Of a stretch of DNA of 64,000 nucleotides, positions 13,346-27,414 are shown piece after piece. Positions within the stretch are counted from its first letter, which is position 1, and every line of letters begins with the position of its first letter. Source of the DNA: the human T2T-CHM13v2.0 reference genome, Homo sapiens; the NCBI RefSeq assembly GCF_009914755.1, contig NC_060944.1; one strand, written 5' to 3'. The notes under the pieces are model-generated. The model did not search any database, was not told where the DNA came from, and saw only the letters and a list, made by a program, of their open reading frames with translations. Made by a program: the position numbers and the translations under genes.

Positions 13346-16300
13346 CTAGGCCTGCGAGGCGGTGCCAGCGTCGGAGGCCCTCGAGGCCTCGGGCTTCGGG
13401 TCCCGAGCGCTCTCTTTGCTCTTGCTCCGGTCCTTGCGGTCGCGGCCCCGCTCCCTGTCCCTGGCCTTGTCTCGGTCCCGCTCTCTGCTCCGGGACCGGT
13501 CCCGGTCGCGCCTCCGGTCTCGCTCGCGCTCTCGGTTCCTGCTCCGCTCCCGGCTGCGGTCCCACTCCTTGCCCCGGTCGGCCTCGCGCTCTCGGTCGCG
13601 GTTGGCGCTCCTCTCCCGGTTTCTGTCCCAGTCCCGGCTGGAGTCCTTGTCCCGGTGTCGGTCCCACTCCCGGGGCCGGTCCCAGTCCCGCTCTCGGCTC
13701 CAGTTTCGGCCGCGCTCGCGCTCTCTCCTCCTGTCCTCGGACGCCCGGCCCTGGGCGTCGGGCTCCTCCAGCGGCTTCTCTTTGGGCCCCACGTCAAACC
13801 GCTCTCTCTGCCTCCCTTCGAAAGTCTGGTTTCTGTATTCGTGGCCTTTCCCCTCTCGGAAGTCGGCCGATGCCCACTGTCCGTCGGCCTCGGGGCCCTG
13901 TCCGGGCGCACTGGAGGAGAGCGCGGAGGGCGGCCCGGCCTCCTCCCAGCGGTCCTTCCGGTGCTGCGGGGGGTGGCTGGGAAGCTCCAGCAGGGGCCTG
14001 GGGCCCGGCTTCATCACCTGCGGGGCCTGGCCCTGGAAGTGAAATCGCGAAGGGGTCTGCTCATTTTTTTCAGAAAAGGGTGCGGACCCCCGTAGTCCAC
14101 CAAACTGCAGGGGTGCAGGCGCCCTTTGGTTTGTGAATCTTGGTGGTGAATGGACCCTCTGGTCTTCGAACTGCTGAGGCTGAATGCCCCTGGGACCTGG
14201 CATAAAGTTAGGCGCTTGGCCTCTGGGTCCTTCAAACTGGTTGGGATGAGGGCCCCGGGCAGTTTCAAACTGACTAGGATGGGGCCCTCTTGGGCCCACG
14301 AAATGACCAGGGGGTGGTCCTCTCTGACCTCCAAACTGAGAGGGAGGGGGGCCGCCTCGGGGGCCTTTCAGCTGAGACAGCAGTGGTCTTCTCTGGCCTC
14401 CGAACTGGAAAGGCGCGCCGCCTCTGCTTCCCAGAAATGGGGCTTGCTCTGTCCCTTCAAACTGGGCGGGGGCGCCCGTCACCTCGTTATACGGGGCGTC
14501 CTGGAACTCCCTCTTCTCCCCATGGGGATCCTTGCGTTCTTCAAATTGGGATGGTGCCACTCCTCGTGGTCCACCAAGGTAAGAGGGTGAGGGGCCTCTG
14601 CTGTCCCCATAAGGAGGTGGCCCATGTTGCCCCGAGAATAAGGAAGGGATGGGCCCCTTCTGGGCTCCGAATCTGGCTGGCGGAGGCCCTCGTGGCCCAT
14701 CGTTAGAAGCGATATTCTCTTCTGGAAACGGAGGGGCTGGCCCCCTTGGTCCCGGGAAATTGGGGCCGTGAAGCCCTGACATCCCCAAAGCATGAGGTCC
14801 AGGTTCCCGCTGACCCTGAAACGGGGGCTGAGAGCCCCCCACTTTCTGTCCTGGTGGGGGGAGCGGGGCGGTGCCCTCGCCGGGTCTGGCCTGTGGCTCT
14901 CTGTCCCCCTCTGTTTCACCTGCAGGGCTGCTGCTCCTTCCAGCAGAATGAAGATTTCTTGGGTCCTCATACTGGGCTGAGCCGAGAGCCTTGTCCTGCG
15001 ACGCGAACCCCGGGCAGGTGAAAGGGTCCCTCTCACCGTCGTGCTGCAGCGGGAAGCCGGGCTGCAGGGCGCCGCAAGGCGGTGTGGGCAGCAGCACCCT
15101 CCGGGCAGGCCTGGCCGAGCTGTCTCCAACCGTGGCGGGGCGGGTGCCCTCCCCAGGCTCTGCCTTCCAGCCGTCCTGCTCGGACCCCGCTGGGGGCTTT
15201 TCGCCCGAAGCCCAGGGGGAAGAGGCTGGCTCTTTTTCCTCCGGGACTGGCATGGGCGCCTGGCCCACGAGGCCACCCCTGGAAGCATCTCTCTCGGGCA
15301 GGGCACCCTGGGCACCACGTGCCGAGAGCCTGGAGAGAGGCTCCCCCTCCCCCTCACCGGTCTCAGCGGCCAGGCGCCTCGCCTGCCGGGGGTCCCTGTG
15401 GTTTGACGCCTGGCTGGCGGGGGGCAGTGAGGCGGGCTTGTCTGCAGACTGCTGCTCTTGCTGGAACAGCTCTGCCTTGGGCAAGGACGACTTTGGTGGT
15501 GGAGACATCAAGGCGTCCGACACCGAGAAGTGGGCCATGGAGACCCCGACGGCGGCCCTCTGCTGCCTGAGAGCTTCTTCTTGCTCCTCCAGCTGTCTCT
15601 TCTGCTCCTCGATCTGTTTGTTCAGCTCTTCTAGCATCTTCTGTTGCTCCACCAGGGAGGGCGTCGCAGCCCCGGCCACCGGCTCGGCAGGCCTCTCCAC
15701 GGAGTTCCTTCTCACGTCGGCACACATCCTGTTGGGCAGGTCATCAACAGTCACTTTCGCTTCTTCTAAGATGGTCTCATCCTCGGGGTCATAGGCCACC
15801 TCTTCCCGCTCGGCTGCAGCTGCTTCAGGAGCCCTTTCCACCTCGTGGCGCCGCCCTCGCTCCACAAGCTGAGTGTCGAAGGCCCTCTCCGGGTCGTACT
15901 CCTCCTCAGGGTCGTATGGCCTGTCGTCCTCCTCTTCCTCTAGAGCCTTATCTTTTGAGAACTGACCGAACTGCTGGACGATCGGATCTAACAACGGAGG
16001 TGCCGGCACCCCGTCCTCTGCTGTGGTTTTGGGCTCCTGGGGGAGACCTGCGGTGGACCCGGGAGGCTCTCTGGCGGACGGGTCGAATGATTTCTTCTTT
16101 CCAAAGAGAGTCTGCAGGATGTGCTCCAGCGGTGATGCTGTTTTGGAAGCAGACGAAGCGGTGGAGGAAGCTGCCGTGGAGGCTGCCGCTGCTGTTGTGG
16201 CTGCTGTGGCTGGGCTGGGGGCTGCAGGTTTGAGGGATGACAGCACTTTTAGCACCGGTGGTTCTGGAAGAGGGGGCGGAGGCGGCGGCGACCCAGGAGG

Positions 16301-16527
16301 TGTGGTGCTGACAGCCGCGTCTGCAGAGCAGAGTGGATACTTGGAGGGCTTCTTTTCCGACTGCGGGACTGTGGCTACTTTTGGATAGGCCGGAACGTCC
16401 GCTTCTTCCGGTTGAAGTCGGGTCCGCTTTTCGTCCATCTTGTCTAACTCTCCACTGTTTGCGGGACGTTTGATTTTTTGGCAGATTACTAACCCAAGAA
16501 TTATATTCGGACGTGGTGACTCAAGAC
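13346..16527 (-). CDS. DIDO1: DIDO1 terminal coding exon (exon 16, DIDO3-specific): coiled coil, Gly/Pro/Arg/Phe-rich low-complexity region, RD/RE mixed-charge tail
   Basis: Acceptor tttttcag|GT at 16528/16527; 1030-aa ORF to TAG; 3541+3182=6723 nt gives 2240 aa. Confidence 0.97.
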
Positions 16528-17028
16528 CTGAAAAACAAAATATTTGTGCAAATTTTAGAATCTAAATCCAGCTTTTACCCTTTAGAGGTGAATTTCATTA
16601 AGGGCTTTCACGGGGAACGTTTAATAGACAAAAATAAGCCATTCTGTGGCAAAATAAGATCAAGTGTCAAGACAGTTGCAAAAGCCTGGACGATTCCGCC
16701 CCAGGAACGCACCGCCCCGGGAACGAGCTGGGAACACACCGTGCCAGGAATGCACCAACCCAGTCCTCCCGGAGCCATGTGAAGGGGGCGACTAACCCCT
16801 CGTCACCAACCATGGAACCGAAGGCCCAATCCACAAGGGAATTCATCCCAATCGTCTGAATTTGTTACATATTTTAAATTATAATGCTAGAGCAGTAGTG
16901 TGGAGGGGAGGGAGGCCGTGGTGTGAGCCTGCAGGGTGAAAAGGGCATTGTCGCACATGCCCTCAACACAACAGCTCAGCTATGCTCTTCTTCCCCTCGT
17001 GCCACTGCCAGGAAGGTAACAAACAGCC

Positions 17029-17350
<322 letters not shown>

Positions 17351-17522
17351 TAACTTAGGAGTTGCAACACATAATTACTCTAAATATACTAATATTAAAT
17401 TATCAATAAAGTCATAATAATCAATAAAGCACAAGCCATGAGGTCATCCATTAGTCTCTGGTGTCAGAATTACAACTAGACAGGAAAAACAGCATTAAAT
17501 GAAATGGCTAAAATAAATGCTT

Positions 17523-18135
17523 TGGACTGGGCATGGTGGCTCACGCCTGTAATTCCAGCACTTTGGGAGGCCAAGGCGGGTGGATCACAAAGTCAAGAGT
17601 TTGAGACCAGTCTGGCCAACGTGGTGAAACCCCGTCTCTACTAAGAATACAAAAATTGGGCCGGGTACGGTGGCTCACGCCTGTAATCCCAGCACTTTGG
17701 GAGGCTGAGGTGGGCGGATCATGAGGTCAAGAGATCAAGACCATCCTGGCCAACATGGTGAAACCCCGTCTCTACTAAAAATACAAAAATTAACTGGGTG
17801 TGGTGGCGCACACCTGTAGTCCCAGCTACTCAGGAGGCTGAGGCAGGAGAAATCGCTTGAACCCAGGAGGTGGAGGTTGCAGTGAGCCGAGATCACACCA
17901 CTGCACTCCAGCCTGGGTGACAGAGTGAGACTCTGTCTCAAAAAAACAAAACAAAACAAAAAACAAAAATTAGCCAGGCGTGGTGGCGTGTGCCTGTAGT
18001 CCCAGCTACTCAGGAGGCTTGAGGCAGGAGAACTGCTTGAACCTGGGAGGCAGAGGTTGCAGTGAGCCGAGATCGTGCCACTGAACTCCAGCCTGGGCAA
18101 CAGAGTGAGACTCTCTTGGAAAAAAGATAAAATAA
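17523..18135 (+). mobile_element. Nested Alus: a full Alu (17659-17962) inserted in the A-rich linker of another Alu
   Basis: Left arm 17523-17657, complete Alu, right arm resumes ~17963; ACAAAAATT on both sides of the inner element. Confidence 0.9.
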
Positions 18136-21100
18136 ATGTTTTGGGTTTAGAAATTCAGTGAGCATTAACATATCAAAGACTCCCTAAGGCTCATGTCTTT
18201 GTAAACACAGGACAGACACCACGCTCACGTAAAGCACCGAGGTGCTCAGCAAACAGGTGGCAAAGAGCAGAGCAGGTGGACGACGCGCACTGGGGGTTTT
18301 AAGGCACAGTATTAGTTTAAAAAAAAATTATTCAAAGATATTCCCAACGTCGTAAGTTGTGGTAACTTCAATCAGGAGTACTAACATTCCAGTAACGACC
18401 ATCCCCACACTCATAATCAATCAAGAATGCCAAAGGGGAATATAAAAACCCACATCCCAAAACAGGAGCTGAAGGAAAGTGATACACGTGGGTGGGACGT
18501 TTCAGCGGCAGCGACGTAACACTATGTGAGATTAAACCGTAACAACTCAACGGTACAGATAATTTAACGTGACTGTGGTATACAAAAGGTGCTCACACTA
18601 CAGATTTTCTTCCCCTTACAGTGAAAACCAGTATGATTTCCCGTGCTTCAGGTGATGTTAAAGATCATCACGGACTGCTTCAGGCACCACCATGTAGTTC
18701 TAAGTACATCTGTTGTTCATCTCCCTAAATTCCACTAAGGAACTGATGGACAGGCTGAGCACGGAAGATGGGTGAAGGCAGGAATACCAGGCCTGCCAGA
18801 CTGAGTTGGGACCAGCCTGCTCCACGGGACACTTCCTCCCTCCTGGAGAGAGGACCAAAGGCCTCTTCCTTCACAGGCTGCTGGACAGAGCTGAGATTCC
18901 CAGCACCTCACCTCCACCTCCTCTTCACTCTCTGTCCCCCGGATAGTAGCACGGTGCCAGTGAAAGGGCTGGGTGGGCAGAGGAGGAGGGAAGCAGGAAA
19001 ACCAGCCGGGCCACACCGAAGGGCACAGCTGAGCTCTGCTGCTCAGCAAACCTGTCGAGTTCATGTTCTGCTTAACATGAGTTGAACATATTTTAAAACG
19101 GTATTTCTCTCAGCACAACAGCTATCTGTTTACTGAATAAGCTATTACACAGCTTACTCAAATCCACTTTTCGGGTATGTTCGGTTATGAAATTGGCTAT
19201 TATGGCCTTCCTGGACCATACATCTGCAGAGCCCACCACGCCCTGGGGTGAAGGGCACTGAGGCTCAGGCTGAGTTCTGTAAGCCGGGCTCTGTAAGCCA
19301 GGCCCTCTGCCTGCAGAACCTGACACGGGGAACAGACACAGGCATGGGCTAGGCCTCGGGAAGGACCCTGGGCAGTAGGGCTTGTGGGGCCTCGTGTGGG
19401 GAAGTTACCTGGGGAAGCCTAGTGCTGACTCTGACACAGAGGGGACATGCCACCCAAGGGAGACACTCAGCTTCTAAAGGGCTGTTAGGGTGGCAGTGTG
19501 ATGTACAAAATCACTGTTACGTGGTCCCGTCTCGTGGTGTGTCACTAGAACTCAAACTTTTAATGGCTAACTTGCTTGTTAATGAAAAAAATAATTAGTA
19601 TATCCCAACCCTGGCAAGACTCGTTAGTCTTGAAAACAGCAACCGTCTGGAGATTGGCATCAAACACGCAGCTGGCACGTGTAAATGCTCCCAGCTCTTG
19701 GTGCTCTCAACTGCAAACACTGGTGACTGAATAAAGAAAGCTGCAGAGTCAGATGGGTGCTCGTTCTGAATTTCCCCGCCATTTAAAATTTAAATTGGGC
19801 TGTCCAAAAAGGCACACCCGCTGTGAAACAGTCAAATCTTGTCACCCAACTCATGTTTGTTATTATGTATGGTTGCATGAATATGTAAAATGTGGCAGGC
19901 GCCTTGGAAATAACTCTTCGTGGAAGGAGCAGTGCACTTCGCCTGGCTGGACCTTGGGAGCCATCTTCCCCTGGAGGAAAGGGTGTGCCTGCCACTGCCT
20001 GGCATGTCCAGCAGACCAGTAAGGTCGAAAGGTCACAGAGCCCCCACCTCAGGGGGGCAGTCGAGGTTGCCCAGGGGCTGTTCCCAGGCTAGCCCCTCCC
20101 CTCGGCAGCTGCCCCGTGGTGTGTGAGCCCTGGGAGGGAGAGTGCCCCGGGAAGGTGCAGAGACTGAGGCCTGCACGAAGCTGGCACCAGCCAGGTTGCG
20201 GGTGGCACAGGGCACGGTAGGCTTACTTACCCACCTTCCTCCTGAGGGCTACTGAGGGCCTCAGTTCATAAAGCAACCAGGGGCCGGGGCTCAGGAGCAA
20301 CCAGGGACCAGGGCCTGGAGACGCCAGCTGCGGCTAAACGTGCCCCTGCACTTCCACTGAAGGGTACTGATCAGGCCTGGAACAAGGGTGTGGATGTTCC
20401 CCCAACGCCCTCTGAAAGGCCAGAAGGCAAATGGCTTTCTTCAGGGCGTACCACGTGCAAGCCAACAGGCCTTTTTAGCACATCTGTGTCCTTTGCGTAT
20501 TCATGACGGAGGGGTCTGGACTCAGTGGTCAGAATCAGACCACACGCACAGGAAAAGAACTCAAGAAACTGAAGATAAAAGGGTGTATTCGAAAAGCTGT
20601 GTGGGCCAAGACCAAAACCAGGATCTGTGTCCAGGTGTGTCGCAACAGGGACTGGGGGACAAGGCAGCTGGCAAAGGGAACCACCTGCTTCTCAGGGTGC
20701 AGGAAGCACCCTCGGTACTGAACCTGAGGCTGCAGGAAGACGCTCCTTCTTACTAAATGAACCACCCGAAACCTGACTCCTCCCAACCCCAAACTATCAC
20801 AGTGAGGCCTTTACCCCTAAAGCCACCTGGCACATCCCACTATCAGTGATTTAAAATGAAAACTCTCTCAATGGTCTGCACCTGTCAAAACAAAATGTTC
20901 ACACCTGCTGGAACAGAAACGGTGTGGAAGTTAATCAACAAGGGGTGACGTATGACTTGGATAGAAAGACTTGGCAATTAAGGTGGGAAGAAGTGACTTC
21001 CCCCAACCCACCAAACACACCCACTCACACACACACAGACCCTCCCTTGTTCCAACTGGGAATCTCTAAGACCTGCACAAAGCCACTGGGTCCAGCACGT

Positions 21101-21341
21101 CTCAGGTAAGAGGAGAGCGACGTCCATCTTCTTCTGGGTGCCGGGGTGCCGAGAAGGGCCCCAGGGCAGCACCAGCCTGCACTGCGTCCTCTCCAGCAGC
21201 TGCTGGGTGGGCTGCAGAGCTGGGCACACTAGGGTGCACTGCGCTGGCTTATGGAAAGCAAACAGGGGCCTAGGATAGGTGACCAGGAGCCACCAAATGG
21301 TTCCAATTCAAACAAACAAGGACCAGTTTCCATGAAAGATG

Positions 21342-21347
21342 TTTATT
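21342..21347 (-). terminator. DIDO1: Intronic poly(A) signal ending the DIDO2 3'UTR
   Basis: AATAAA on minus followed ~25 nt later by GU-rich CTTGTTTGTTTG. Confidence 0.75.
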
Positions 21348-24300
21348 GATTTAGGAGGAGAAGGCAGTACATTCCATTCAATACTGTATTTGACTCTGAT
21401 TACAATTTCCATGCAAAGCTACTGTTACATACACACATGAAAACTGAAGAAATGCTTACCTGACAATATTTCAAGTCAGAATTTCTCAGCTAATTTAGAA
21501 AGCAATTAAAAGTGAATACAGAAAGACACTATGGATTCAAACATTCTTCCCAGAAGAGCTTTCTAATGTATAAAGACCTCAGAGAAAAGAGCCCTTTCCA
21601 TTCGAGCAGCTACAGAGGGCGGTGTTTCCTCCTGCCCTGTACTTGGGGAGAACAGACTGTGCACCCATGTTTATGGACCGAGGTTACTCCACAGGCATTT
21701 CAGACCAAGGCTCCGAGGCCTGCGGCTTCACGCGGAAATGACGGGGGCTGGGCATGGTTAACAGGCAGGCATCTTGGCTGCGGTCCAGTCCTGTAAGGGC
21801 CCTGCACAGAACCCTACACGATGAGCTTTCAACCTGACTCATCTCCCTTCCATGAACAAGGCCCTGAGACAGGCCGGGACTCTGCGACCCCAAGTCCCTG
21901 CGGGGGGCCCTGTTGGTAAAGCTGGAACTGAGTGGGGTGAACATCTAGGTGGAGAAGGTCACCTGGAACCAGGCCTCCCAGCTGCCCCCCACCGTGATGC
22001 TGAGTTACAGAGAGTGCCCCCACTGCGGGGCAGAGGGGCAGAGGAAGACAACCCGGTGTTTCTGTGGACAAATCATTAAGATATGCAAGGACAAATGTCC
22101 TCAGGGAGATCCAGCTACTGCTGTGAACTGCATGGCTCCTGAGGGTGCTGCGGGGGCAGCTCCACTCTCACTGCCCGACAAGGGCCAAGTGCTGACAGGG
22201 CGGGTGACTTAAGTTTCCCCTGAGGGCACAGCTGGGCACCTTCAGGCCTTCACTTGCTTAAGTGTGAACAGCAAGCACTGAGGGGGCTAGGACTGGACAC
22301 CACGCTGTCAAAACCCACTAGGTCCCCATGTGTGGGAGGCATGGACACCTGCAATTGTGTGGTATAAACTGAGGCACATGGACGAGTCAGTCACTCTTTT
22401 CTGCGTGAATCTCTACCCCCAACAGGACCTTCTCCTTAACATCCCCAGGGGAAGATGCTCCCACATCAGTGCCCTGATGCAGACGGGCAGCTCAAGGCTG
22501 GGGCGCCAGGTCTCCTTCAGGCCTGTGCTGCATGTGCCGCAGAGAACTGAGGCTGTGGAATGGAGCTGGGTCCTGCAGACCCTCACCCAGCACTTCTGGG
22601 GGCGTGACTCCAAGCTGCGCAGCACACGCTCACCCCTGACCACAGCTCTGTGGAGTCACCACCATCAGCACCCTCAGGTGTGGCCTGTGCTGTCCAAGGG
22701 CTTCTGGGCTATCTCCGTGAGGACAGGGTCCGCTGAGACAGGGGAAACATGCCAGGACCTAGCCTTACACACACACACGCGCGCACATGCACACGCACTA
22801 CACATTTACACCACAAAGCCAGGACACACATGTACATGTTTATATCTAGAAAACGCCAAGTCAAGTAATCAGTACGTGAAGCGGGCCGAGTACCCGATGG
22901 CCTGGCCCGGGGTGAAGGCTGTTTAGTGACCATGGAAGTGTGTGAGATTTCACGCACACGCATTCATGTCAACAAGGACATCAGGAGAAGTTAACATTAT
23001 ACTGAAGTCTTAAGTTAAAACATTTCTGAAGTGTATGGAAAGGTTTCACTAGCTGTTACTTTTCTAAAGTCCCTTGCCCTGTGTTACTTTACCCAGACGC
23101 CTCTGCTCTTTATCGTGGATCAAAGTCCCTGGGGCTTTTGTGTGTCCCCGTCAGGCGGCGTCGTGGCCTCAGCAAGTGCCTTGGTGGGCGAGTGTGACGT
23201 TCCCCCAGCTGGTCGCGGAGCTGACAGTGTGGGTGGTTGGTGCCATCGCACTCAGCAGACAAGGTGAGTGACCCCAGCCCAGCCCTCCTTGTCCCGGTGC
23301 CATCCGGGAGGTGCTGGGAGACCTGTCCTTTCCCTCTGCCCCGGGGCTGCACCTGCACAGCCAGCCCTTGCTGTGGGGAGAATGGAGGCGCCGCTCCTCT
23401 GGTGGCCTCCCTGGGCCCCGTCACTGCCCAGTGTGGGGAACCCGGTGCCCGGCATGCGCCGGGGCTCGCTCAACACCCTACAACCGTGCTCACCTGACAG
23501 CTCCAAGTTTGGAGATGAGCAGGGAGAGAAGCTCAAGAAAGGATGAAATATCGCCTCAATTGTTTTAAAAAGGGGAGGCTCGCTATCTAAGAATCATGTT
23601 TCTGTAAAGAAAAAGTGCTCTTTCCACCCCGGTAGGGAGGTGCTGAGGTGCTGCAGTGTCTGCACTGAGTGCACACACTGTCGCACTTGCAACTGACCAG
23701 TGGGTCTTCACAGGTGCGGAGAGGCCAGCTTCTCGGTCTTCACCTCCAGGAGGGCCGGGCTTTTCCTCTCCCTGGTCACGTGGAGCTGGCCAGAGCTCTT
23801 CACAAGCAACACCAAGAACCTCTACCAGGGTCCTTTCTGCCACCCATTAGGTGGCATCTCTTTATCCCAAGTAGGATTTGAGGGGACACACTAAAGCACT
23901 TTGCTTTTAAAAATTTATCTGGCACTAAAATAATTTAATGCACCACGCCAGCAAATATTTAACCCTGAAATTACTGATACCAACCAATCCCTTTATGGAC
24001 ATATAATTCCACAACACAGGCATAGGCTGAGCCCACTCCAGCTGTGAAGAATGGGCTCCAGTAGGAACGTGGGCTGTGCCTGGGGCGACAGAAGTCCCGC
24101 CCAAGATGTGGAGTGGCCCCTACAGGACCCCAGCTAGCTAGGGTGCGGCATGAGGGGTGTGGGTGGGAACACCCTGCACAGCTATGGCAGGAACACCCGC
24201 CGAGGCCTGGTGACAGGGACAGAGGGCACTGAGGCACAGGGTCCAGACAGCACCTGCCTTTATGACGAAGCACTTCAGAGGACACTGTGTGATCCACACA

Positions 24301-25043
24301 CCCGCTTTGAGAGAACACCAATCCTCTGGGGACTGCATGGCCACGGAGACACTTCAGTTGGGCATCAGATACTAACCCCTAACTGAAGTCACATCAGCTT
24401 CTTCTAAGGGGCTATGAAAGAGCTGGTCACTAACAGAGCACGTGGCCCCTGGAATCACCCTCAACCCTTGACAAAGATGTATTTTAGGCTATTTGTAAAT
24501 AATCGTTTAAATACAGTACTTTCCAAGGAACGTGCAAACACAAAATAGCTTGCCAAAGATGAATGAACCTATTACAATTTGAGCTGCAGATTTTAAAATA
24601 ATTATTTCTAGAAATAGTTTTCTATGTCATTATTGTTAAGTCTCCTGGAAATCCATCCCTGTTAGAGAAGTGATCCCTGATGGAGCCACTTCCCGGTGTG
24701 TGCTGGCTCCCGAGTCTGTCTAGAGGAAAGAGCAGGGCCGCTGGGAGTGTCACCTCCCTTTCTGGCTGAGCCTTGGGCTTCTGGGCACTGAGTCTTCTCT
24801 GACCTGAGGCCAAGATGAGCTGGTTGCAGGCTGTGGGTTTTTCCCTCTCTAAAAAACTCTCCTAAGACAATTTATGCTGTGAATCAGGGGTACTTCTCGT
24901 GCCACAGTCCTACGCCCTCAAAGATGAATCCTATTGCTAACCGCTGCGTCTGTGCTCCTAACTCCTGCTCCCAGAGAGCCCTGGGCTGGTCAGGACTCAG
25001 CAGGGCATGTCAGTGGGAGGAGGGGTGCAGGTGCAGGTGGGCC

Positions 25044-25072
25044 TCACCTCCACCCAGAAAGCCGGCGCTTAC
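25044..25072 (-). CDS. DIDO1: DIDO2-specific C-terminus by read-through of the exon 15 donor (GKRRLSGWR*), 1189 aa
   Basis: Frame continues past CAG|GTAAGC to TGA at 25046-25044; 3541+29=3570 nt. Confidence 0.9.
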
Positions 25073-25268
25073 CTGGTCCCTCAAAGGGCAAGAGTTTGGA
25101 TGGAACAGGGTCCTGGGCGCTCAGCGGGATCAGGTAGAGGTCCTTGACGTGCCTGTTGTTATTAGCTACAACACCAAAGCGGCCACGGCTGCTGAAATAG
25201 GAGTAGAGAGAGATATAGGCGACCTCCTCTTCCTCTGTGGCGGGGTGGAAGCGGATCAGACAGAGCTC
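25073..25268 (-). CDS. DIDO1: DIDO1 exon 15 (SPOC domain end)
   Basis: cag|GAG...CAG|gtaagc, 196 nt; ELCLIRFHPATEEEEVAYISLYSYFSSRGRFGVV. Confidence 0.97.
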
Positions 25269-25875
25269 CTGCAATGGAAGAGTGGGAAGCACTCATAAAG
25301 AAAATGTGGCTCAAGCATCACACGCCCAATTCACATCCTGCTTTCAACAGGAAACCTTGTCAGATCTCTCCGACTCACAGCCACGATCTCACAGAGCTGC
25401 TGTCTCAGTGAGGCAATTCACGTGACATGTGAGCCCAGCAGTGTCTGGAGCCGAGCCGGCTCTTCCTACATGCACGACGGCCCCGGTCACGAGGAACCAG
25501 CTGCATGATCTGCAATGGCTGTCTGTGCCCCTCCCTAGAGGGGGTTAAACTAGACGACAGGGTCTAGCCCTTTCGTGAACCTGACGAAGACTACAGAGAT
25601 TCCCCAGAGAAAACCACAGACAGACACGCACAGCTGTAGCTAAATCTCAGGGGGTCCCAGAAAACCAGAACCGTTCAAGAGCCCAGGTTGAGTGCCCTGA
25701 GCCTGATCACCCCTGCAAAAGACACCTTCTGCTCCTTCAATCATAAAAAAACAAGAAAATAAAACGTATCTATTTCTTCCTAAAATTTAACCGCACATAC
25801 ATTATAATAAATCAGAAACAAACTTCTACCGCGGCACACTCAGACACCTTCACACAGTCATACAACTATGTAAAC

Positions 25876-25948
25876 TTTTTTTTTTTTTGAGACAGTCTTG
25901 CTATGTCTCCCAGGCTGGAGTGCAGTGGTGCGATCTCGGCTCACTGCA
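25876..25948 (-). mobile_element. 5'-truncated Alu fragment
   Basis: Poly(T) plus ~60 bp of the Alu 3' end; AAACTT on both flanks. Confidence 0.85.
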
Positions 25949-26099
25949 AAACTTAATTTTTAACATTCACCTGGAAATATCTAGTAAGCTACAGGCTAAC
26001 ATTTTAAGTGTTAACCCATCCAAACGAGAGGTTAAAAAAAGATGTGTTTAAATCAACACAATTTTCCATGGTTGCAGAATTTATACTATAAGCAGGTAC

Positions 26100-26189
26100 C
26101 TTAGACACAGAAGACTTGAGTTTGCCAACATAATCCCAAACTGTCTTCGGTGCGATCCTCCCACCAATGTGAATTGTGTCAGGCAAATC
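26100..26189 (-). CDS. DIDO1: DIDO1 exon 14 (SPOC)
   Basis: tag|GAT...AAG|gtacct, 90 nt; DLPDTIHIGGRIAPKTVWDYVGKLKSSVSK. Confidence 0.97.
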
Positions 26190-26921
26190 CTAAACAGAAA
26201 GTACTTTGCGTAAATCACTTTGAACTGTAGTAGTCACAGAAAGACGAATGCAGCCATGTGAAGGCACACACTACCCAAGATTCAAGAAGACTACAGCTAT
26301 TCCAAGGAAAAGAGTCACACTTGTATTAAATGCATTAAGTCCAGGATGACAAGTGGCCAAATCCAAAGGGGGAGTGATGCCAACCTTCTGCCAGACAAGA
26401 TTATGTTTAGAAATGACTGCCCAACACTTCTATGCTGTCTTTACGTACATACACAGAGAGTAACGATTCACTATGAGCCAGGGTGACTCCTTGCATTAAA
26501 GTCATAAATGCTAGTGCTGTCTTCTGGTTAATTCTGAAAACTAAAAGGCCTGCCACGGGGTCATATGCGCCACCCCGCAAGTGGCCAGGTGTGTGTAAAG
26601 CAGGCTCCGAACACCTGGCTGTGCCGGTGGCTGTGCGCACAGCCATGTGGTCAGTGCCCCAGCGAAACCGATCACTGAGAGGCCAGACTGCAGGCTCACA
26701 TTTCCGACCCTGTCCAAACTGCTGAACCTGCGGACTCATCACGGCCATCGCCACTTTGCATTTAGAGCCGTTTCTGCATCCAGACAGACGGTTGCAAGAG
26801 TGTCAGGCATTTCTGTTTCTCTCCTACCTCATGAATTAAGGGAGAAAGTCATGTGTTTGACTCTAGTTTAGAAACTCCTATGAAAGACACACACACGCAC
26901 ACACATTTTCTTGGTTCTAAC

Positions 26922-27075
26922 CTCACTGAGGTAATCAAAACACCCAGAGACAGGATACGCCTTAGTGACAAATTTTGCCACACTCTGCATGTTAATAAAT
27001 CCTTTCCAAATGGTGCTGAGTCGAGACAAAAAGAGGGTCGTGTCTCCCTCTGGAGGGGAACGTGATTCTGAAGTG
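26922..27075 (-). CDS. DIDO1: DIDO1 exon 13 (SPOC start)
   Basis: cag|CAC...GAG|gttaga, 154 nt; IWKGFINMQSVAKFVTKAYPVSG. Confidence 0.97.
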
Positions 27076-27145
27076 CTGTAAAACAAAACCATAAAAAAAA
27101 AGTCAATGTCTCTCTGTGCAATGAGAATTTCAAAAGTAGAAAGCC

Positions 27146-27414
27146 TTTTTTTTTTTTGAGACAGGATCTCATTCTGTCATGCAGGCTGGAGTGCGGTGGT
27201 GCAACACAGCTGGCTGCAGTCTCCGCCTCCCAGGCTCAGGTGATCCTCCCACCTCAGCCTTTCAAGTAGCTGGGACTACACGCGTGCATTACCACACCTA
27301 GCTAATTTTTGTCTTTTTTGTAGAGATGGAGTTTTGCCATGTTGCTCAGGCTGGTTTCAAACTCCTGGGCTCAAGCACATGCTGGGATGACAGGTGTGAG
27401 CCACTGTGCCCGGC
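27146..27414 (-). mobile_element. Alu (AluJ-like, internal deletion)
   Basis: Reverse-complement Alu after a T-run. Confidence 0.9.

Noticed and set aside
13229-16388. Long + strand and alternative-frame ORFs over DIDO1 exon 16 (e.g. 288, 282, 267, 292 aa)
   Set aside because: Shadows of a GC-rich, low-complexity coding exon; mostly non-ATG starts and no independent gene structure.
16540-16800. Possible intronic H/ACA snoRNA (I recall one annotated within DIDO1)
   Set aside because: I could not identify a convincing hairpin-H-hairpin-ACA structure by eye; an Infernal/Rfam or snoRNA database search is needed.
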